A stretch of 64,000 nt of DNA from Chloroflexota bacterium (GTDB taxonomy: Bacteria; Chloroflexota; UBA6077; JAJPHF01): contig DATGKN010000164.1 in NCBI GenBank assembly GCA_035294645.1, positions 99 to 64,098 of the forward strand. Reading direction: 5' to 3'. The notes under the pieces were generated by a model. That model was given only the letters and a program-made list of their open reading frames with translations, ran no database searches and was not told the DNA's origin. Within the stretch, counting starts at the first letter, position 1; every line of letters begins with the position of its first letter. Positions 45,776-54,456 of the stretch are shown one piece after another. The position numbers and the translations under genes were made by a program.

Positions 45776-46978
45776 TCACGCGGTCGATCCGGCTGGAAGC
45801 CGGTCCCCTACGTCCTGCGCGCGCACCTCCGCGCGGACGCGCGCGTACAGCGCCTCATAGAACTGGGTCGTCGCCGCGGGATCGAAGCGGGCGGCGATCT
45901 CGGCGCGCGGCCGCACGTAGTGGGCCCGGTGGCGCAGCACGCGCGCCAGTGCCAGCGCCAGCCCCTGGGCATCGGCCACTGGCGCGATCTCGCCCATGCC
46001 GGTGACCCGCACCGGCTGCCGCACCCCGGGCAGCGCCGAGGCGACCACCGGGGTGCCGCACAGCATCGCCTCCACCTGGACCATGCCGAACGACTCGGTG
46101 GAGTTGACGCTGGGCAGCACCAGGCAGTCGAGCGCGGCGTAGAACGCCGCCAGCTCCGCGCCGTGCAGGGCGCCCAGGAAGTCGAGCTGCGGCCGGTAGC
46201 GCGCGATGAGCGGCCCGAGCTGCTGGTAGTAGCGTTCGCCGACCACGCCCTCGTAGGGGCCCGCGAACGCCACGCGCACCGGGCCCACCAGGCGCTCCAG
46301 CGCCGGCAGGGCCTGCAAGAGGTACTCGATCCCCTTCTCGGTGGCCACGCGCCCGGCGAAGCCCACCAGGCGCTCACCGTGGGGGGTCAGCCGTGCCCGC
46401 AGCGCCTCGGCCGCGCCGGGCGGCGGCGGCGCCTGGACCACCGGCGGAAATACCGTCTCCACCTTCGTGAGGTAGCGCGAGACGAACGGCGAGTGGACAG
46501 CGTAATCGCGGGTGTAGGTCACCACGCGCTGGGCCAGACGCCCGGCCAGGCGATGGGTCAGCGTCATCGCGGCCTCGATGGCCCGGTTGAGCCGGCCGGG
46601 CGGTAGGCGCAGGTCGCAGTGGTAAGTGAGCACCACTGGGCGCCCCGCCGCGCGGGCCAGCGCGGCCAGCCAGCCGGCCTCGAGCAGGGGCAGGTGCAGA
46701 TTGACCACATCGTGCTCGCGCGCCAGCTGCCAGGCGAGCGCGGTGAACGCTGGGGACACCACCCCCTTGTGGACGCGCAGCAGCACTGGCGCGCGCACCA
46801 CGCGCACGCCCGCGCGCCACTCCGCGCGCGGAAGCCCCGCTTGGTGGCGCGAGGCCAGCACCGTCACGGCGTGCCCCCGCGCGGCCAGCGCGGCCGCCAG
46901 CCGCTCGACGTAGATGGTCAAGCCGCTCAAGTGCGGGTGGTAGTAGGTGATCACGTGCAGGACGCGCATCGTGGCCAT
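45776..46978 (-). CDS. GT4-family glycosyltransferase
   Basis: MRVLHVITYYHPHLSGL...; C-terminal E-x7-E-type GT4 motif (SFGMVQVEAMLCGTPVV). Start at an internal ATG (ORF-track start is GTG at 46999). Confidence 0.8.
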   Translation of the reverse strand: MATMRVLHVITYYHPHLSGLTIYVERLAAALAARGHAVTVLASRHQAGLPRAEWRAGVRVVRAPVLLRVHKGVVSPAFTALAWQLAREHDVVNLHLPLLEAGWLAALARAAGRPVVLTYHCDLRLPPGRLNRAIEAAMTLTHRLAGRLAQRVVTYTRDYAVHSPFVSRYLTKVETVFPPVVQAPPPPGAAEALRARLTPHGERLVGFAGRVATEKGIEYLLQALPALERLVGPVRVAFAGPYEGVVGERYYQQLGPLIARYRPQLDFLGALHGAELAAFYAALDCLVLPSVNSTESFGMVQVEAMLCGTPVVASALPGVRQPVRVTGMGEIAPVADAQGLALALARVLRHRAHYVRPRAEIAARFDPAATTQFYEALYARVRAEVRAQDVGDRLPAGSTA

Positions 46979-47061
46979 TGTACACACTGCACCCGCCACG
47001 TGGCGCGCATTGACACTGCCCGCGGCGGCGCCTATAAGAATCCCTAGCCCCGGAGAAGCGC

Positions 47062-47727
47062 ATGAGCGAGCGCGACGACACGACCGCCCTGCTCGTCCGG
47101 GCCCGCGACGCGCCCGGCATCCTGCTCCAGTTGTGCCAGGTGCTCGCCGCCCACGAGGCGAACATCGCGCATGTGGATATCCACGCGCGCAGCGGGGGCC
47201 AGGCGAGCCTGTACTTCGAGCTAGAAGGGGTGCGCGACGTCGAGGCGGTGGTGCGCGACCTCGCCGCGCTGGAGGTGGTGGTGCGCGTCGAGCAGCTCCG
47301 CCCGTTCTCGCGCATCTACGGCAAGCGCGTGATCGTCATCGGCGGGGGCGCGCAGGTCGGCCAGGTGATGCTCGGCGCGGTCTCCGAGGCCGACCGGCAC
47401 AATATCCGCGGCGAGTGCATCTCGGTGGATACCATCCCGCTGGTGGGCGAGGAGAAGCTCGCCGCCGCGGTGCGCGCGGTGGCCCGGCTGCCCCGCGCGC
47501 GGGTGCTGGTGCTCGCCGGGGCGTTGATGGGCGGCGAGATCACCCAGGCGGTGCACGAGATCCGCGCGCAGGGGATCCTCGTCATCTCGCTCAACATGGC
47601 CGGGACCGTGCCCGATGCTGCCGATCTAGTGGTCACCGACCCGGTCCAGGCCGGGGTGATGGCCGTAATGGCCATCGCCGACACGGCCCGCTTCGACATC
47701 ACCCGGCAGGTCGGCCGCCGCTACTGA
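47062..47727 (+). CDS. ACT domain-containing protein with C-terminal Rossmann-like domain
   Basis: N-terminal ACT-like (ALLVRARDAPGILLQLCQVLAAHEANIAHVDIH...). C-terminal RVIVIGGGAQVGQ... Confidence 0.5.
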   Translation: MSERDDTTALLVRARDAPGILLQLCQVLAAHEANIAHVDIHARSGGQASLYFELEGVRDVEAVVRDLAALEVVVRVEQLRPFSRIYGKRVIVIGGGAQVGQVMLGAVSEADRHNIRGECISVDTIPLVGEEKLAAAVRAVARLPRARVLVLAGALMGGEITQAVHEIRAQGILVISLNMAGTVPDAADLVVTDPVQAGVMAVMAIADTARFDITRQVGRRY

Positions 47728-47761
47728 CCGCGGCCCGCGCCGGCGAACAGGGGGCATCGCG

Positions 47762-48271
47762 ATGACCAGCGCGCCGAGTCCACTGGCCGTAGTGCTCAAG
47801 GGGCTGCTCGCCGGGGGGCTAGCCACCGGGGTCAGCTACACGCTCGGACGCCTGCTGTTCGGTCCGTTCGCCCCGCCCGAGTTCCTCGCCCGCCGCGGGC
47901 CGCCGCCGCCGCACCGCATCGTGACCAAGTTCGCGCGCGGCATCTTCGAGGTCGAGCTGACCGAGCGGCAGCACGCCGGCTGGGTCTGGTTCACCCACTT
48001 CGCCTACGGGGGCACGTGGGGGCTCGTGTACGCCCTGTTCCAGTCCACCTTCCACTTGCCGGCGCTGCTGCACGGGCTCGCCTACGGCGCGGCGGTCTGG
48101 ACGGTCGGGCACTTCCTGCTACTGCCGGCGACCAAGATCGCGCCGCCCGCCTCGCGGCAGCCCCGCTCCATCGCTGGCCGCTGGCTCCTGGTCAATCTGG
48201 TATGGGGGGTGACGCAGGCGCTGTTGTACGCGCGACTGGTGCCCGCGCGGGCGGGGCGGCCCAATGAGTGA
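47762..48271 (+). CDS. Hypothetical membrane protein
   Basis: Several hydrophobic helices (LAVVLKGLLAGGLATGV; WVWFTHFAYGGTWGLVYALF; LAYGAAVWTVGHFLLL). Confidence 0.5.
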   Translation: MTSAPSPLAVVLKGLLAGGLATGVSYTLGRLLFGPFAPPEFLARRGPPPPHRIVTKFARGIFEVELTERQHAGWVWFTHFAYGGTWGLVYALFQSTFHLPALLHGLAYGAAVWTVGHFLLLPATKIAPPASRQPRSIAGRWLLVNLVWGVTQALLYARLVPARAGRPNE

Positions 48272-49004
48272 GCCGCCGCTGGCCGCCAGCGGCTGGGCGC
48301 GCCGCTACGATCCCGTGGCCGCTCGGGAGGCGCGCGTGTTGGAGCGCGTGCGAGCCACCGCGGGCCGCGAGTGCACGCTGGCGGAGGAGGTGCTGGCGGT
48401 GTATCTCGACCTGCTCGGCGCCGCCGAGGAGGACGACCGCCTCGCCTGGCCGAGCGAGGAGGCGCGGCTCGCCTGCGAGGCGTGCCTGGTGCGCCTGTAC
48501 GACGAGCTGCTGGCCAGCTACTACCTGGTGCAGCGCGGGCTGTACCTGCAGGCCTGCCGCGTGTGGCTCACCTACCTGGACACCCTGGTGCTCGCGCTGC
48601 ACATGGTCCACCAGCCTGCGGCGGCCGCCGCCTGGCTGCGCGGCGAGGTGATCGAACCGGGCGCGGCGCGGCGGGCGCTAGAGGCCGCCGGCCGGCTCGC
48701 GCCACTGGTGGGCGAGCTACAGGCCCAGCTCGACCAGCAGTCGCACCCGCGCAGCAAGGCCGGGTTCGAGCGCGCCTTGACGATCCGCCAGCATTGGGGC
48801 GACTGGCAGCTCCAGTTCGTGCTGGGCGGCGAGGGCAACGAGGCCTGGCTGCGGCGCGGGCTCGCCGACTGGCTGTACCTGGCAGCGGTGGGGTTGGGCG
48901 CGCTGGCTGCCCTGGGCGTGGTGCCTGCCGACAGCGGCTGGAGCCAGCGCCGCGCCGCCGTGGTGGGGGCGGTCGCCGCCCAGCTGCACGTGGAGCTGCC
49001 CTAG
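48264..49004 (+). CDS. Hypothetical protein
   Basis: ORF with genome-typical codon usage. 8-nt overlap with the upstream gene. No motif recognised. Confidence 0.45.
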   Translation: MSEPPLAASGWARRYDPVAAREARVLERVRATAGRECTLAEEVLAVYLDLLGAAEEDDRLAWPSEEARLACEACLVRLYDELLASYYLVQRGLYLQACRVWLTYLDTLVLALHMVHQPAAAAAWLRGEVIEPGAARRALEAAGRLAPLVGELQAQLDQQSHPRSKAGFERALTIRQHWGDWQLQFVLGGEGNEAWLRRGLADWLYLAAVGLGALAALGVVPADSGWSQRRAAVVGAVAAQLHVELP

Positions 49005-49324
49005 CGCACCGGCCGCGCGGTGAACCCGACCACCTGGCTGAGGTCGAGGTAGGCGCGCTGGCCGCTGCCGCCCCAGGCGTCGGCGAACTGCCACCACCCC
49101 TGGCCCGCCGCGATCGCCTGGCGCAGCTCCTCGCAGTAGTGGTCCAGCACCTCCGCCGTCACCGGCGTGCCGAGGTCGTGGGTCACCGGCAGCGTCCCGC
49201 CCTGCCGTAGCGCGAACACCAGCTCGATGCGCTGGCTCTGCGTGCGGGCGATACCAAACGGCACCCGCCCTGCCACGGCGTGGTCGCGGGGCTCCGATTC
49301 CAGGCGCGGCTGCTGCGTGTCCAT
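49001..49324 (-). CDS. Hypothetical small protein (108 aa)
   Basis: ATG (MDTQQPRLESEP...) preceded by GGGAGGAG. The longer ORF-track N-terminus is unsupported. Confidence 0.45.
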   Translation of the reverse strand: MDTQQPRLESEPRDHAVAGRVPFGIARTQSQRIELVFALRQGGTLPVTHDLGTPVTAEVLDHYCEELRQAIAAGQGWWQFADAWGGSGQRAYLDLSQVVGFTARPVR

Positions 49325-49459
49325 GCGCTCCTCCCGTACTCTTCCCGCGGCGTTGCGGCCCTGCCGGTCGGCGCGCCGCTCGCCGGAAGTATAGCCGTGC
49401 TCCCGCCGCGCCCGGCCCGCAGGCCCACGGGCTATACTGGAGAGCGGGGCGCCCGGCGT

Positions 49460-49482
49460 GCCCGGCGTGCGCTGGGCTTTTT
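49460..49482 (+). promoter_or_regulatory. Intrinsic-terminator-like hairpin plus T5 inside the glyA 5' leader (attenuator/riboswitch expression-platform candidate)
   Basis: gcccggc-gtgc-gctgggc followed by TTTTT, between a TATACT -10-like hexamer (49433-49438) and the glyA RBS GAGGAGAGGGG. The tandem copy cccggcgtg-cccggcgtg allows an alternative pairing. Confidence 0.4.
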
Positions 49483-49514
49483 GGTGCCCGCTGAAGGGGG
49501 TTGAGGAGAGGGGC

Positions 49515-50795
49515 ATGGCCATCAGCTCTCGCGTGCGCGACGTGGCGGCCGTCGATCCCGAAGTGGCGCGCATCCTCGCGGCCGAGGACGAGCGCCAGCG
49601 CACCACCCTGGCGCTGATCGCCTCCGAGAACTACGCCTCGGTGGCCGTCCGGCAGGCGATGGCCTCGGTGCTGACCAACAAGTACTCCGAGGGCTACCCC
49701 GGCCGGCGCTACTATCAGGGCAACCACCACGTCGACGAGCTCGAAGCGCTGTGCATCGCGCGTGCCAAGGAGCTGTTCGGCGCGGAGCACGCCAACGTGC
49801 AGCCGCACGCCGGCTCGCCGGCCAACATGGCCGCCTACCTCGCGCTGCTGGAGCCCGGCAGCACGATTCTGGCCATGGACCTCGCCCAGGGCGGCCACCT
49901 CACCCACGGCAGCCCGGTCAACTTCTCGGGCCGCCTGTTCCGCTTCGTCCACTACGGCGTGCAGCGCGACACCGAGCGCATCGACTACGACGAGGTGCGC
50001 GCCATCGCCCGGCGCGAGCGGCCGCGGCTGATCGTGGCGGGCGCGACCGCCTACCCACGGCTGATCGACTTCGCCGCCTTCCGCGCCATTGCCGACGAGG
50101 TCGGCGCGCTGCTGCTGGTGGACATGGCCCACATCGCCGGGCTGGTGGCGGGGGGCGTGCATCCCAGCCCAGTGCCCTACGCCGATGTGGTGACTTTCAC
50201 TACGCACAAGACGCTGCGTGGCCCCCGCGGCGCGATGATCCTGTGCAAGGCGCAATATGCCAGCGCCATCGACAAGGCCGTGTTTCCAGGCCTGCAGGGG
50301 GGGCCGTTTGACCACGCCATCGCCGCCAAAGCGGTGGCCCTGCGCGAGGCGCTCGATCCCGCGTTTCGCGCCTACCAGCAGCAGGTCGTACGCAACGCGC
50401 GCGCGCTGGGCGAGGCACTGGCGCGGCGCGGGCTGCGCCTGGTGTCGGGCGGCACCGACAACCACCTGCTGCTCGTGGACCTCACCCCGCTGGGCCTCAC
50501 GGGCGCCGAGGCCGCCACGCGCGCCGAGGCCGCCGGGCTGGTGACCAACAAGAACATGATCCCCTTCGATACCCGCAAGCCGGCGCAGACCAGCGGCCTG
50601 CGCCTTGGCACGCCCGCGGTCACTACCCGCGGGTTAGGCGAGGCGGAGATGGAACAGGTAGCCGAGCTGCTGGTCTCGGCGATCACGCGCCCCGACCCCG
50701 ACAACCTGGCCCGCTGCCGCGCCGAGGTGCGCGCGCTGTGCGAGCGCTTCCCGTTGGAGCGCGGCGTTATCGCGGTGGTCGACGAGGAGGGCTAA
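49515..50795 (+). CDS. glyA: Serine hydroxymethyltransferase
   Basis: ...[12 protein letters not shown]...HLTHGSP...[15 protein letters not shown] (PLP-Lys in TTHKTLRG). Confidence 0.95.
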   Translation: MAISSRVRDVAAVDPEVARILAAEDERQRTTLALIASENYASVAVRQAMASVLTNKYSEGYPGRRYYQGNHHVDELEALCIARAKELFGAEHANVQPHAGSPANMAAYLALLEPGSTILAMDLAQGGHLTHGSPVNFSGRLFRFVHYGVQRDTERIDYDEVRAIARRERPRLIVAGATAYPRLIDFAAFRAIADEVGALLLVDMAHIAGLVAGGVHPSPVPYADVVTFTTHKTLRGPRGAMILCKAQYASAIDKAVFPGLQGGPFDHAIAAKAVALREALDPAFRAYQQQVVRNARALGEALARRGLRLVSGGTDNHLLLVDLTPLGLTGAEAATRAEAAGLVTNKNMIPFDTRKPAQTSGLRLGTPAVTTRGLGEAEMEQVAELLVSAITRPDPDNLARCRAEVRALCERFPLERGVIAVVDEEG

Positions 50796-51583
50796 TCACC
50801 CTCGGCCGCCCGCAGCGTGGCCACTAGCTCGGCGTGGATGCGTCCGTTGGTAGCTACTACTTCGCCGCCGTGGAGGTCGAGCGGCCCACCGCGGAAGTCG
50901 CTGACCTGGCCGCCCGCCTCACGCACGATCAGCGCCCCGGCAGCCAGGTCCCACGGCTGGAGGTGGCGCTCCCAAAAACCATCGGCGCGGCCCGCCGCCA
51001 CATAGCATAGGTCGAGTGCCGCTGCCCCGTCGCGGCGCAGCGCCTGACTGAGCGGCAACAGCGCCGTCCACAGCCGCAGCGCGCGAGGCATATCCGCGCG
51101 GTCGTAGGGGAACCCCGAGATCAGCAGGCTATGCTGTAGCCGCGGCGTGGTCGACACGCGCAGGCGCTGGCCGTTTAGATACGCCCCGGTGCCCGCCGCG
51201 GCGGTGAATAGCTCCTCGTGCAATGGGTCGTAGACCACCCCGACCTGGACGATACCCGCGACCGCGTAGGCAATGGAGACCGCGCAGAAGGGATAGCCGT
51301 GCGCGTAGTTGGTAGTCCCATCAAGCGGGTCGATGAACCAGCAGTGGGTCGCCCCGCCGCGCCCGCGGCCCGTTCCCTCCTCGGCCAGGACCGCGTGGTC
51401 GGGAAACGCCGCGCGGATGCGCTCCACGATCAGCGCTTCGGCGGCGCGGTCCACCGCGGTTACAAGGTCGCGCTCACCTTTCAGCTCCACCGCCTGCGCC
51501 TGCCCGAATTGCTCGCGGATGAGGCGCCCGGCCGCGCGCGCGGCGTCGAGGGCGACCCGATACGGTGGCAGTGTCACGCTCAC
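50792..51583 (-). CDS. Inositol monophosphatase family protein (SuhB/IMPase-like)
   Basis: [17 protein letters not shown] and ...[15 protein letters not shown]... motifs. Confidence 0.85.
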   Translation of the reverse strand: MSVTLPPYRVALDAARAAGRLIREQFGQAQAVELKGERDLVTAVDRAAEALIVERIRAAFPDHAVLAEEGTGRGRGGATHCWFIDPLDGTTNYAHGYPFCAVSIAYAVAGIVQVGVVYDPLHEELFTAAAGTGAYLNGQRLRVSTTPRLQHSLLISGFPYDRADMPRALRLWTALLPLSQALRRDGAAALDLCYVAAGRADGFWERHLQPWDLAAGALIVREAGGQVSDFRGGPLDLHGGEVVATNGRIHAELVATLRAAEGD

Positions 51584-51773
51584 TCGCGCTCCCCGCGCTG
51601 CTGCTCCACTCTACGAGATAGGCCGCTGGGGGGAGCCGCCGCAGCGAACGGCGGGTACCTCCTCGCGGGCGACTCCTCCCTTCCGCCAGCCACTCTAGCA
51701 TGGAGCTGGGGACGCGCAGGTGCGGGGGTACCGACGGAGCGGCACCGAATCGTATCGTCGTGGCGGTGGCGTA

Positions 51774-51974
51774 CTAACTGGTGGCCCGCCGGCGAGCCGC
51801 GCCGCCCTTTTCGCCGATGCGCGCCATGTGCTCGCGGTTCTGCGAGACGGTCTGGCCCCCCTTGCGCCCGATGCGCGCCATGTGCTCGCGGTTGGCGCTC
51901 ACGGCAAGCCCCCCCTTGCGCGCCGCCTCGGCCCGCGACATCCGCTGTGGCGTGGCAGGATTGCTTTGAGCCAT
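51774..51974 (-). CDS. KGG-repeat stress-induced protein (YciG-like)
   Basis: Two tandem NREHMARIG-KGG units. The gene contains a roughly 56-nt internal direct DNA repeat (51813-51838 / 51869-51894). Confidence 0.6.
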   Translation of the reverse strand: MAQSNPATPQRMSRAEAARKGGLAVSANREHMARIGRKGGQTVSQNREHMARIGEKGGAARRRATS

Positions 51975-52222
51975 ACTCGCACTCCCTCTCTGGCGGCTGG
52001 CGGCCGCCGGTTGGGGGAAGGCCGGCCCCGCTGCCGGCGCGGGGCCGGCTCCCCATGGCGCCGGTGTTGCAAGATACGTGCCGTCTGCTTGCCCTGGCGC
52101 GGGGGCCGGGCCGGGGCGGCTCGCGTGCGGCTCGGCCGCTGCGGTAAAATCTCCGCCGGCCAGAACCGCGGTCGGCTCTCGCGAAGCGGCCGCGTCGGGA
52201 CCGAGAGCCAGAGGAGGAGAAG

Positions 52223-53608
52223 ATGGGTTGGTGCGGGCCGGGGCTACGGCGCCAGTTCCCGCTCGTGGCAGGGCTGCTGCTGGCGCTGAGCACCGTGCTG
52301 GGACCTAGTGGGCGCGTCGTGGCTGGACCTGCGCCCGATGAGCAAGCGCGCGACTGGCTGGAGCGCACGACGAGCGCCATGAGCCAACCGGGGCGCGTCT
52401 TTCGCGCCCAGCAGACCGTGCGCGATCGCGTCGAGGCCGGCGAGCTGACCAGCGAGTTCACCGTCTGGATCGATGCCGAGCAGCGCAAGGGGCGCTTGGA
52501 GGTGCGCCGAGATAACAATCTCGTTACAGCCCTGGTCGTTGACGGCTGGGACGTGGCCACCTACGACGCTGTGCTCAACAAGGTCAACAAGGTCACGGTG
52601 CGCGAGGAGGTCCGCGACCGGGTGCGCAACCCCGCCTTCAGCGTGTTGGCGCCCAGTCTCATCGCCGCGTACATGGCCGGCGAGGTCAACCCGGTCGACG
52701 AGGTTACCGCGAACCCCAACGACCAGTTCAACGGCAATCCAGCGGTGAAGCTGACGTTCAGCCGCCGCGAGACCGTCGAGCGGCCCGTACAGCAGCCGGG
52801 CCAGCAACAGGGCCAGCCGCAGACCGAAACGGTCACCCTGCAGCAGGAGTACACCCTGTATCTCGATCCCAACACGAACCTGCCGCTGCAGGAAACCGTC
52901 CGGGGCACCGAGGTGAACGGGGGCCGCGAGCTGAGCGTGCGCACGGTGACCTACAACCGCACCGAGCTGCTCGACCGCTCGGCCGTGGACAGCAGCCTGC
53001 TCACGCTCCAGTCCGTGGAGAGCCTGCAGGCCGGCCTGGACCAGCAGCTCGACCGCGCGCGCCGCATCGGGTTCCCCCTGTACTGGCTCGGCCGCGAGCT
53101 ACCACTGCAGCGCGGCTTCACCGACATCCGCGGCCAGCGCCAGAATAGCCTGGTGCTCAACGACGTGGTGGTGGCCGACCTGCCCGACCAGCCGCGCCAG
53201 GTGCTGCTAGCCTACGGCACGCGCGACGACCCCAGCACGCCGTACGTCGTGATCATCCAGCAGCCGCGCGCCGATTGGGAACGCTTCCTGCGCGACTTCC
53301 GCCAGCAGGCGGGGGTGCCGTTCTGGACCCAGCTCGACGGCGTGCAGCGCAGCCCGGTGAACGTGCAGGGCGCGCAAGCGACGCTGTACCAGCTCCAGCC
53401 CCCGCAGCCCCCGAGTGGCGGCCAAGGCGGCGCTGGCGGGCGCCTGCCACAGCTCCCGCCGTTCCTCATGGTGCAGGTGCAGACCGACGCATCGGTCACC
53501 AACGTGAATACCATGCCGTTGTTCAACAACGACGGCCAGCAGGTGAACCCGTTCCACGACCCGCAGCAGATCACGGCCCTCGCGCAGGCGCTGTCGCGCC
53601 TGAACTAG
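52223..53608 (+). CDS. Secreted hypothetical protein, N-terminal LolA/RseB-like fold candidate, Gln-rich C-terminal half
   Basis: Signal/TM (FPLVAGLLLALSTVLG). ...FRAQQTVRDRVEAGELTSEFTVWIDAEQRKGRLEVRRDNNLVTALVVDGWDVATYD... fits the LolA-like beta pattern. [15 protein letters not shown]. Confidence 0.5.
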   Translation: MGWCGPGLRRQFPLVAGLLLALSTVLGPSGRVVAGPAPDEQARDWLERTTSAMSQPGRVFRAQQTVRDRVEAGELTSEFTVWIDAEQRKGRLEVRRDNNLVTALVVDGWDVATYDAVLNKVNKVTVREEVRDRVRNPAFSVLAPSLIAAYMAGEVNPVDEVTANPNDQFNGNPAVKLTFSRRETVERPVQQPGQQQGQPQTETVTLQQEYTLYLDPNTNLPLQETVRGTEVNGGRELSVRTVTYNRTELLDRSAVDSSLLTLQSVESLQAGLDQQLDRARRIGFPLYWLGRELPLQRGFTDIRGQRQNSLVLNDVVVADLPDQPRQVLLAYGTRDDPSTPYVVIIQQPRADWERFLRDFRQQAGVPFWTQLDGVQRSPVNVQGAQATLYQLQPPQPPSGGQGGAGGRLPQLPPFLMVQVQTDASVTNVNTMPLFNNDGQQVNPFHDPQQITALAQALSRLN

Positions 53609-53730
53609 CTAGCGGGCGAGCCCCGGGGCACCCCCAGGGCTCCCCGGGGCTCGCCCACCTCGGGCCCACGGCTGCGGTACACTCGAATAGCCGGCGACCG
53701 CGAGCTCGGCGCGGCGGAGACACGCGACCC

Positions 53731-54426
53731 ATGGCCCGGATCCTGATCGTCGACGACGAGCCGAATCTACGGCACGCGGTGGGCTACAACCTGCGGCGCG
53801 AGGGGTTCGAGGTACTCGAGGCCGCCGATGGCGAGACGGCTCTGGAGTGCGCCCGGGCGCAGCGCCCCTCCCTGATCATCCTCGACCTGATGCTGCCAGG
53901 CATGGATGGCCTGGATGTTTGTCGGCGGCTGCGCGAGCGTAGCAACGTTCCCATCCTCATGCTCACCGCGCGCGATAGCGAGGTCGATCGTGTGGTGGGC
54001 CTCGAGCTAGGCGCCGACGACTACCTGGCCAAGCCGTTCTCCATGCGCGAGCTGGTAGCGCGCGTGAAGGCCATCTTGCGCCGGGCCGAGCTGGCCCGGG
54101 CCGCGGGGGACACCGAGCCTGACACGATCGAGGCCCCCGGGCTGGTGATCCAGCTGCGCCGCCGCCGCGTGCTGGTGGAGGGCGTCGAGGTAACGCTCAA
54201 ACCGCGCGAGTTCGATCTGCTGGCCTTTCTCGCCCGCTCGCCGGGGCAGGTGTTCACCCGCAGCCAACTGCTCACCCGGGTGTGGGGCTACGACTACGCG
54301 GGGGACACGCGCACGGTGGACGTGCATATCCGCAGCTTGCGCACCAAGCTGGGCGACCGGGTGGAGACCCCGCGCTGGATCGAGACCGTGTGGGGGGTCG
54401 GCTATCGCTTCCGCGAGGCCGCCTAG
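53731..54426 (+). CDS. OmpR/PhoB-family response regulator
   Basis: MARILIVDDEPNLR...LIILDLMLPGMDG...; winged-helix ...GVEVTLKPREFDLLAFLARSPGQVFTRSQLLTRVWGYDY... Confidence 0.9.
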   Translation: MARILIVDDEPNLRHAVGYNLRREGFEVLEAADGETALECARAQRPSLIILDLMLPGMDGLDVCRRLRERSNVPILMLTARDSEVDRVVGLELGADDYLAKPFSMRELVARVKAILRRAELARAAGDTEPDTIEAPGLVIQLRRRRVLVEGVEVTLKPREFDLLAFLARSPGQVFTRSQLLTRVWGYDYAGDTRTVDVHIRSLRTKLGDRVETPRWIETVWGVGYRFREAA

Positions 54427-54456
54427 CGCGCACCCTGGGCGCCGCAGGAGAGGCCC

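Noticed and set aside
49325-49514. Full ZTP (pfl) or glycine riboswitch upstream of glyA
   Set aside because: The leader, about 45-50 nt from the -10 to the terminator, looks too short for either aptamer, and I could not match the conserved aptamer cores by eye. I kept it only as an attenuator candidate pending cmsearch.
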